From contig NC_043009.1 of assembly GCF_006345805.1 (NCBI RefSeq), positions 13,764,001 to 13,828,000 of the forward strand: a stretch of 64,000 nt of DNA. The letters are read 5' to 3'. This document shows positions 54,329 through 64,000 of this stretch, piece by piece. The notes under the pieces were generated by a model, which saw only the letters and a list, made by a program, of their open reading frames with translations, was not told the origin of the DNA and ran no database searches. The translations under genes were made by a program, and so were the position numbers. The stretch comes from Octopus sinensis. Taxonomy: Eukaryota. Each line of letters begins with the position of its first letter. Positions within the stretch are counted from its first letter, which is position 1.

Positions 54329-54369
54329 CCTCTGATGAGATCCCAATAAGGTTCGAAAATCGATTAAGG
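54329..54369 (+). ncRNA. Minimal type I hammerhead ribozyme with a canonical core
   Basis: CCU-CUGAUGA-GAUCC(CAAUAA)GGUUC-GAA-AAUCGAUU-A-AGG. All core nucleotides are present, stem II closes with G10.1-C11.1, stem III is palindromic, and the cleavage triplet is UUA. Confidence 0.75.
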
Positions 54370-54468
54370 TTGTTCATCATTTTACAGTCTGCGAAGAAAT
54401 GGTTAAAATTTGCCCTGTTCATAATTATATCATATGTCATGTGTGAGTATGTGTGTGTGTGTGTGTGT

Positions 54469-54503
<35 letters not shown>

Positions 54504-54609
54504 ATATACATATGGCAAATAAAAGATGGAAGATGGATAATACGAGAATTTATTATTAATCATGACAATTGTCGTGGATTAAGTATTTCATTTATGTCTT
54601 ACGTATTTA

Positions 54610-54663
54610 TCGCTGACGAGGGGAAACTTCTTATGAATTAACCCCGAAATGGGACCAATACGG
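54610..54663 (+). ncRNA. Hammerhead-like motif, slightly degenerate
   Basis: UCG-CUGACGA-GGGG(18-nt loop)CCCC-GAAA-UGG(GA)CCA-A-UA-CGG; one extra A in stem III. Confidence 0.45.
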
Positions 54664-54787
54664 GAATAACGGAATTTTTTAGAAATTTCTTTCGGCTTGT
54701 TTCGAGACGCATAAATTATAATGGTTATCGTCAATTTTTTTTTTTTTCGGCGTATTTGGCATTAGAATTTTTCTTTTGCCCTTATTT

Positions 54788-54826
<39 letters not shown>

Positions 54827-56180
54827 GTATGTATGTATGTATGTATATACATATATGTGTGTGTGAGTGTGCGTATGCGTATAGATAAATATTTATACTT
54901 ATATGTACATACGTTTACATATATACACAGACATGCACACGCGTTCACACGTGCAAATAAGATTGCGAGTGTTGGATATATGTTTATATAGATCTTTTCA
55001 TATTCTTTTTGAACGCATCAATAAGTTCTTCAAATGTAAACATTGTTCAGTGCTCAATTGTAGATTATTCATCAATACATGATCGATTTAAAACATCAGA
55101 TGCATCTTTGTACAGAAAAATGACAAGAGATATGAATATTGGAGTACACATATATTTATATATATCTTGCTGACAGAAGCCTACGCAAGGCTGGGTGTGT
55201 GTGCGAAATACAAAATTGAACCCATACACACACTTATCCAAACATTCAGTATAGGTATAATTAAATTTACCCATTCATGATTAACATGTTGATCAATAGA
55301 TATGTGAGTAATATATATATATGTACACGAAAACACACCATGCTGTGAAGCAAGTGTATATAATCTGACATTCTAAGTTGCATACAATATAAATATACTA
55401 GAATTCATAAATACATAATAGAAATCATAAATACATTGAAATACACATATTTATTTCGCTCGCGTGCACACCTACCCACATATATATGTATGCATGCATA
55501 TAATTATGTATATAAGAATACACCACACACACTCACACATACACGCACACATACATGCACTTATTGTCTCTCTTACAGTGGATTTTTTTCCTTTCTTCTT
55601 TATCAAAACATCGATATTTTATCACCCAATTTTCACTCCGCATGTTGTACCCTCCCTTTCTTTTTTACTTTCAACTCCCACGCTTTTTCATTTTCTTTCG
55701 ACCTTTTTCCTTATGTCTCTACACATTTTTTCTTTATATTCCTTTTTTCCTTGCCATCTATTCCTGTTCCAGATGGTTTCATTCCATTATTTCATTCTTT
55801 TCACTCCCATCTTTCCATTTCCTCCTTCTTCTCTGTGTTTAACCCTTTTCCTTTCTTTTTATTGTTTGTTGAATTTAGCATGTTATTTCTTCTAACAACT
55901 TAATTATTTCAAAATACCGCTTAAGCTCCCGATAATATAACGCTGATTAAAAAACAGTTGCAGTCAGAGCAATATCAACAAAAGAACAAATAAACAAACA
56001 TATCCAATCCAAGATCTTCATTTTTACCCAATACCAAACCAAGATAGAGGAACACTCGACCATAAAATTAAAGAATAATAGAATTTTATAGTCATTCCTA
56101 AATTCTGAATAATTTCGTAATTCATGATAAGGATATTAACCAATAAACCTAACGAGGTAATGTTTTATCATAATTTTTTT

Positions 56181-56280
56181 NNNNNNNNNNNNNNNNNNNN
56201 NNNNNNNNNNNNNNNNNNNNNNNNNNNNNNNNNNNNNNNNNNNNNNNNNNNNNNNNNNNNNNNNNNNNNNNNNNNNNNNN
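56181..56280. other. Assembly gap (100 N)
   Basis: Directly visible. Confidence 1.
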
Positions 56281-56990
56281 GGATGTCGGTGCCCACGACA
56301 GACAAACCCTCGAATACAAAGTTTCTTTCAAATTATACAACAATCCTCCTTGTCAGGGCCCCAAGCAAGGTGACTTGCCGCCTGCAGACAACTCTGCATC
56401 GACAAGTCGGGGCCTGCAAAGAGGAAGGCAAATCCTTCCTTGCCAAAGGTCGCTGTGACCTTTGAGAAGATTGTATCAGTCACCTGCGGAGGCCATATCG
56501 GACTACGTGAGCAGACCGAGTGCACACGTTCTCGGTCCCCTAAGCCGTCCAAAAACTCACTCACCGTCCCTCCCTCGTGGTAAAGGAGGATAAACATCTC
56601 CTCTTCACGGGAAGGGACCTCACACTGCTCCGTCAGTGGCACACTTCCCACAGACGGAGCCCTATCTGCAGGTGGCACACATCCCACCTGCGGATCCGTC
56701 GGCGGCCCAGGAACATCCGCCGACCGTCCTCTGCTCCTCTTTTTCCTCTTTCTTTTTAAGGCTGCGGGAACAGGGGGCTGCGTCTACAGACGCGGGGGGT
56801 CGCTACCCTCCTCCGTCCCAGAGGTGGGCACAATTTACTGAAAAATTAATTCATACGCAATAAATTATGCCCAGCTCACAACAAACAAAATCACCTACCT
56901 CGACAACCTTCTCTGTTTTTGTTCTTTTTTCTTTTTTAGGACGGAGCCCAAAGCTCACGTCCTCACTGTTCAACCGGAAGCAAGCTTCTT
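56281..56990 (-). mobile_element. GC-rich 5' region of a probable LINE (ORF1-like; L1/Tx1-type?), cut by the gap
   Basis: Much higher GC than the flanks. A ~150-codon minus frame has a basic patch KRKRKKRSR, a Pro-rich linker and KVTATFGKEGFAFLF. The family call is tentative. Confidence 0.4.
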
Positions 56991-57038
56991 ATCACATAGC
57001 TACGCGTGCGTGTATATATATATATATATAATTATTAT

Positions 57039-57070
<32 letters not shown>

Positions 57071-57529
57071 CTTATATATAGATATATATTATTATATATT
57101 ATATTTATTTTATATATATATACATATATATATAGAGAGAGAGAGAGGGGAAAGGGAGAGAGTGAAAGCGGGAGAGAATGAGGAGAGATACCAGTCTATT
57201 GTGAATCTATTCTGAGTTTATACAGTTCTCTTTAACATTCTGTCTCCCTTGCTCTCTCTTCAACGCCTTTCTCGTATATACTCCTTCGGCAAAATGCGCT
57301 TACAGACCACTAACAGGGATCTTTTCTCTAAAATCGAATAAAGTTCAGAGATAAGCCAGCAGACAATTTCATATACAAGTTAATACCCATGTGGAACCAT
57401 CCAAATATGAACTTACTTGCGACATCTATATCTATGTGCGTGTATATGTGTTCATAAATATGCACTTGTATATATTATATCTGTATGTCTGTATATTTAT
57501 ACGCATACATATATATGTCAACTTTGTCT

Positions 57530-57530
57530 A

Positions 57531-57561
<31 letters not shown>

Positions 57562-57730
57562 ATATCTATCTATCTATCTCTCTCTATATATATATATCAA
57601 TCTATCTATTTATCAATCTATTTATCTATCTGTCTATCTATCTATCTATCAATCTATCTATCAATCTATCTATCTATCTGTCTATCTATCTATCTATTTA
57701 TCAATCTATCTATCTGCCTATCTATCTGTC
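57530..57730. repeat. (TATC)n microsatellite
   Basis: Directly visible. Confidence 0.95.
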
Positions 57731-58467
57731 TATATTGTGTGTATGTATATGTGTGTATGCGCGCATTTATATATATATATATATATATAATATATATATA
57801 TTATATATATATGTATGTATGTATATATGTATGTATGTGTGTATGTATGTGTATGTATGTATGTATATATATATATATACGTATTAGAACGTTGGAATGG
57901 ATGCTCAATGGTTTGTTCGCGCGCGCTCGTCTGTGAGTTAAGTGTGTGTGTTACGATCGATGTATGTCAAGCAGAAATATCGATTACATGAAGAGAGAGC
58001 GCGACAGATAACATTTGAGAAGAGGCTTCAGTGTTCGAAATAAAGTGATAGATGGAGATTTATGGACATGCACCTCATCAAAGCATTTAGCAACAGTTCT
58101 GATAATGGTTTCCCGTGAACACTGGAACTCCTCATAATCAATCATTATAAATTCTCTGGTCGCGTTTTCCTGTCTCTCGGTATTTACATCATTATACACA
58201 CCTGTATATGTGTATGCGTATTTTTTTTATACATACACGCACATACAGAGAAATATGCACACACGAAGACACACACACATGTATATATACACTCTCTCAC
58301 ACGCCTATATGTATATACATACAAACGTATAATACACACACACACACACACATATATATATATCCATACATACAAGCAAACAAACTATAACATATAATAT
58401 ATATATATATACATATATATATTAGATATAATATATATATATTTATGTTATAATATTATATATATAT

Positions 58468-58498
<31 letters not shown>

Positions 58499-58606
58499 TA
58501 CATATATATATATATACATATAATATATACAATATATATATATATATGTTATAGTTTGTTTGCTTGTATGTATATAATATATATATATATACATATATAT
58601 ATATAG

Positions 58607-58653
<47 letters not shown>

Positions 58654-58655
58654 TA

Positions 58656-58724
<69 letters not shown>

Positions 58725-58989
58725 GTATATACACTCATTCATGCATATAGAAATACATATACATATGTGTGTTGCAACTAATACTACTACTATTCACATA
58801 GCAACATCAGTAGCGGTTGAAATTGGTGTCGAATGAATGATAGGTAACTGTTTATGTATTTGTGCGCACACGTGTTTGTTCAAGTCTTTCCCGAGCCTAT
58901 TTGCTTGTGTTCGCACTCAGATTTAAATACGTACGTGTGAGTGTATGGGAAAGGAAGAATGCATTTTCCGCATACCTGAGCGTCAAACA

Positions 58990-60950
58990 AACACCCGTAC
59001 TTTCATAGCTAGGCATGTGTTTATCTCTCTCTTTCTGCATTTTCGCAGGCATCTCCGACATTTGAACGTCTGCCGGGCTGAGCTCTCGGCCCTTCGAAGT
59101 CTCCGACGCCGACAAGACATCATCAACAAACCAGCTGACAAAGGTAGAACTATGGTGGTATGGCTCGCAAACCTCCATAAACTGAAGCGCTCCTCAAACT
59201 TCAAGACATTCCTTTCTATCACCCTCTGCGCTCCAACCCTGCACCACACTATGAACATATTGCATCTTCTACAATTCACGTCATTTTCTCCTCGCCCTAT
59301 CTCCCACCGTCTCCAACCTCATTGTCCGTAGCCCCACACCCTCTCACTATTTACTTCCTTCTCAAGATCCACAAGCCCAACAATCCTGGCCGCCCATAAT
59401 TTCTGCCTGTCATTTCCAAGTACCTTGACATTTTCCTCGGCCCTCAAGTGGCTTACTTCCCCACACATTTATGACACAAACCATACTCCCGATTTATTGA
59501 ATTCTTTCTCCTTCCTTTCATGCCCCTCAGACACTTATTGACTCTTAATATTAAATTATACACTGTGATCCCGCACAACGAAGGTATTCTTGCACTTAAA
59601 CACTTTCTCTATCTTCGTCCAGATCCTCAACCCGACATCTCTACTCTTCTTCGTTGGGCTGAACTCATCATCTCCCTCAACTGCTTCTCGTTCGTTGGGG
59701 ATTTTTACCATCAGGTCTCGGGAGTGGCCATGGGAATGAGAATGGGCCCCAACTATGCGAACCTGTTCGTCTGCTATGTTGAGGCCCAAATATTCTCACA
59801 GTTCACTGGTCCTACTCCTGAGCTATATGGTTGTTGTATTGACGACTGTATCACCACGACCTCGTTCTTCCAGAAACATCTTGACTCCTTCCTTTCATTC
59901 GTTCAGTCCTTCCACCCTGCCTTCGAATTCTCCTGCTCTTTCTCCAAAACCTTTATTGAATTTCTTGATATTTCTGTAATCATCGACCACTCGGTTCTTA
60001 ACACCTCCATATACTACAAACACACAGACCACACTCCTATCTCAACATCTCTTTCTCCCACCCTATACCACACCAAAATCTTCATCTCCTATTCCCAATT
60101 CCCCGGTCTAGCCAGCTTGACAGTGGCGACGACTTTGAGACCCAGTCTCAACTCATGACTTAACACTCCACACACAGGTGGATACCTCCTCATCATTATC
60201 CAAACAGCACTCGCCCATGCACGATCCGTTGACCGTGCCTCTGCTTTCTCTCGATACTTACATGCTTCACTTTCCTCCTCACCTACCATCCTTCCGACCT
60301 ACCCCTCTAATGACCATTCTCCGAACCTTCCGTCGGCTCCAATGCAACCCTCTCCACTTCCCACAATTTCCCCATTCTGCCCTTTCCCTACTTCAAACTC
60401 GCCCATAATCTGCGTGATCTTCTGGTCTGTAGTTCCTTCCCCGTTCCTGGCACCTGACCTAACTCTTTTCCTTGCTCTTGACCATGCTGTCGCACCTGCT
60501 CTTACCTCTCCAACACGACTATCTTCACTGGCACCCACCACTGTTCCTACCACATCACAGACTCATTTTCCTGTATGACAGCAATGTCGTCTATTATACC
60601 TCCTGCTCTCTTGCCCTTCCCTATACATTAGCCGCTTAGCTAACCGGTTCACTGAACATCCCCGAGACATCAGTCTCGGCAATAATACTCGGTCTAGTCT
60701 ACCTGCGATCAACCGGTTATTTACTGCAGCATCTGTCTGTGTTTGGACTGTCTTTACACAGAAACCACTCGGACTCCCAGCTCCGCCGTGAACAAGTATT
60801 TTATTTCTCTCTTCATTACATTGCTCCTATGGTCTTAATTCATCACTTTTCTTCTTCTAAAACCAACCCTAGTCACACTTACACGCACCTCTCACCTTCA
60901 AATTTCCATCTTTCTCTATCCCCACACTTGTACACCGCATAAGTTAGTAC
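58990..60950 (+). mobile_element. Decayed Penelope-like element (Penelope/Poseidon type): RT + GIY-YIG endonuclease
   Basis: LRSLRRRQDIINKPADKGR; LKIHKPNNPGRP; LYTVIPH; GVAMGMRMGPNYANLF; CCIDD (cf. RYIDD); FLDISV..TSIYYKHTD; NVVY..SC.LCPSLYI..RLANRFTEH. Frameshifts present. Confidence 0.92.
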
Positions 60951-61619
60951 CCTCACCACACAGAGAATTATATATATACTCATACACTCTGTTCAACTCA
61001 GTACCAAAACTACACACCATTATGCACACACACACACACACACACTCACATGTGCATGCACTCACACACATCTTTCCACTCCTCACACACTAGCACACAA
61101 TACCTTCCAACCCCTAGCATTCATCACTCCTATCTCATCTCGCACCTCCATGCATTCCCCCACAACACACACTATTCACTCATAAAAACACACGAATTAC
61201 ACACGCACACATCATGCAAAAATACATACAATATACACACGCACGCAACACGCATAAACACATACAACTTTCGCTCAGAAACGTACACTACACACACACA
61301 CACACTACAGGGTCTCACACAGTTAATGAACTTAACACTTCAAGCAAAAAACACGGACACATGTGCACACACAACTCGAACAAGCCCACATACACATACG
61401 TGCATGCACACACACATACATAAATACACAGAACACACATCAATCTACACAACACGGGTGCTGATTTCCTGGCTCACATACACACACACACGTATAGGCT
61501 TATAATTTTAATCTCGCTCACACATACACTCACATGCTCTCGCTCTCATTTACACATACACACTCACGGTCACCATTCTTAAATACACACATTCAATTGC
61601 GTACCGCAGTTCAGTCGAG

Positions 61620-61870
61620 TTACCGCTGTTATCTCCCCTTCACTCAGCCTTTTTCTCTCAGTCATTTCATTATGCTAAACCGTTAATCCCAAAACATTTT
61701 TCTCTCTCCGTTTTTTTTCCTCTCTCTCTAGCTTTTCCTCTCATCGCTTCCTGTCGAAGAGCGTAGGCACGAAACGTCAATGACTTCTCCAGCCTTTCCA
61801 AGCGCCAAACTATTACACCTGCTTGCTGTTCCCTCACCTTCTTTGTTTCTTTTTGTTTTCTGCACATTTG
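61620..61870 (+). mobile_element. Penelope terminal repeat (pLTR) with a degenerate hammerhead, probably the 3' end of the upstream element
   Basis: tcgaagagcgtaggcacgaaacgtc; paralogous to 4345-4525. Confidence 0.6.
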
Positions 61871-61925
61871 AACTATATATATACATACATACATACACAC
61901 ACACACACCACACATATATATATAT

Positions 61926-61968
<43 letters not shown>

Positions 61969-62016
61969 TATATAATATATATAATATATATATATAAAAT
62001 ATATATATGGCAAAAA

Positions 62017-62054
62017 CTGTCCGATGAACGGCAACGGGAAACTCAGAGTAACAG
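62017..62054 (+). ncRNA. Hammerhead-like motif with a U4C change
   Basis: CUGU-CCGAUGA-ACGGCAACGG-GAA-ACUC(A)GAGU-A-ACAG. Stems I and III are perfect; stem II is weak. Confidence 0.45.
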
Positions 62055-62140
62055 GTTTTGTTGAATTTTCTGCTTCTTTAAATAAAGTATATATATACAT
62101 ATATACATATATATATATATATAATATACATATATATATA

Positions 62141-62174
<34 letters not shown>

Positions 62175-62231
62175 CTTATATATATATATATATATACATA
62201 CATAATATATATCTTATACACATATATACAT

Positions 62232-62304
<73 letters not shown>

Positions 62305-62636
62305 TAATGCTTTTGAGTATAACACCTACGCAAATTCCATAAACAGACCTTTCAATAGAAATATTCTCCTGAATTGAACTGCAGCTGCTAGCCGTCACTG
62401 ACCATTCAAAATACGACAATCAAGGCACTCCCAATTTTTCCACCCCTTCTCCTCATCAACCTTCTTTTTCTTCTACCCTACCAAGAATTCACAACGACCT
62501 CGAACACACAAGTGCAAACAAGAGAGACAGAGAAAGGCAGAAACAAGGAAAATGCCACTTATATGTGAATACTATACGAATATTCCTTTAAAAAAACTTT
62601 TCTTTTAATTTTTCTAAATTTAATTATTAATCGTTA

Positions 62637-62674
62637 CAGTTGAAAAGGTCTCAAAATGACCGAAATCGGTACTG
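62637..62674 (+). ncRNA. Minimal type I hammerhead with a compensatory U3-A8 core
   Basis: CAG-UUGAAAA-GGUC(UCAAAAU)GACC-GAA-AUCGGU-A-CUG. Confidence 0.6.
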
Positions 62675-62775
62675 AAATTTCTTTATAAAATTATTTTAGC
62701 ATTTTCTATCTTGACTGGTTTTTTCATATATATCAACACGTGTGTTCCTTTTCACCCTTATACATATATGTATAT

Positions 62776-62827
<52 letters not shown>

Positions 62828-63431
62828 ATATATATGATGTTGGCATTTTACTATACCCGGTGCAAATCATCATGATGCAAGTAACCCGTTTCCAGTATTC
62901 CGATGTCTTCTTTTCTTCCATGTTAGCTTTTTGTCAGCTACAAATGTAATAAATTTTTACGCTCTCCAACGTCGTTAACTGTTCACCACAACTTCAAGCT
63001 GTTCCTAAAAAAAATTAAAGAGACATAAAAATCAGGTGGATTCTCTATACTTATTCCGGGATAGTCTCTTTTTAGAATGACATTACATATTATTTTTATG
63101 TATATATGTATGTGCGAACTACAGTCTATTCTTGAATATTTTACGTAATTTGACATTCAACCCTATAACCTCTTTTTCTAATTTCCGAAGTAGCTTCATA
63201 GTTCGTTTCCTTTATGTCCAGATTCTCAAGAATACTCTTGTAGCAGTCGTTCACATAAAAATACACTAATTACTACCTTTCTAAATGCAAAATCATGATC
63301 CTTGGTTGGTATCTCCAGATTTCTTATTAAATTCGACATGTATGTTTTATTTTTCTATTTATTTTAATTTTATTTTAACACCTGTTTCATGACTGGTTGC
63401 AACGAGGCGCTGATTACATCATCTGAACTTT

Positions 63432-63782
63432 TACGTCTCGTCGTCATTGGCTTCTCGTACTCCAGAATTTTTTTCTTTGTTGAACACTTTCTTTATGGTG
63501 ATGCCATTGGTGACTCTGTAGACCAATTCTTGCATAGATGAGTCGATGACATTGCCTGCATGGCAATGCTGGTGTGGGACGAGTTTGATTTTGTCGAAAC
63601 TTTCTCTCCTGTCCTTCATTTCTTCCTTTTCTCTTCTGGTGGCTTCGACATTTTTGGTTCCGATAGTGATGGAACACCGCCACTTAGTACGGTTTCGGAC
63701 TTGTGCTTCAATCAATCTAGGCTCAATTCTAGTAGCTTCCAGTGTTGCCTTGAGTTGGTCCTTGTATCTTCGTTGTAATCAA
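63432..63782 (-). mobile_element. RTE-clade LINE 3' fragment
   Basis: RYKDQLKATLEATRIEP..RNRTKWR..(frameshift)..RQERKFRQNQTRPTPALPCRQCHRLIYARIGLQSHQ. Confidence 0.85.
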
Positions 63783-64000
63783 TCATCAAATGGAAGTTAA
63801 AATGACTTTAAAGTAAATAGCAGAATAAAGCATACGAAGATGGTGATTTTACATGTTAGACCTGTAGTAATCGGTGTATTTCTATGTGATCGACTGCCAA
63901 AACCGCAGTTTTGAGAATGTGGACATAAAGCATTAATAATTACGAAACTAATTCGGAAAGTACGTCTGAGATTTTGACATGGATATCCCATACATGCACC

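Overview
AT-rich, microsatellite-saturated animal DNA. The SINE, LINE and Penelope families look like those of Octopus (coleoid cephalopod); this is recognition from memory, not a database result. No host gene can be called with confidence: almost all long ORFs are translated simple repeats, and I found only a few weak candidate exons. The window is intergenic or intronic and full of transposon remains: an R4/Dong-type non-LTR element (RT, zinc knuckle, restriction-like endonuclease), three RTE 3' ends, a near-complete but decayed Penelope-like element (RT + GIY-YIG) plus many Penelope terminal fragments, two Tc1/mariner derivatives, a Helentron-type non-autonomous element, a TIR MITE carrying TTAGGG repeats, about 13 tRNA-derived SINE copies in several families, a possible LINE ORF1 cut by a 100-N gap, and a ~1.17 kb tandem duplication. 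Two signals stand out. First, at least nine minimal type I hammerhead-ribozyme motifs: one with a fully canonical core (54329-54369), one with a compensatory U3-A8 core (62637-62674), and a two-copy family at 23.3 and 31.1 kb whose inferred consensus looks intact. Second, many long fold-back (inverted-repeat) structures, often built from the same repeats. Hammerheads in Penelope-like elements and retrozymes are an established class, so novelty would be limited to these particular families or variants. I see no evidence for a wholly new system.
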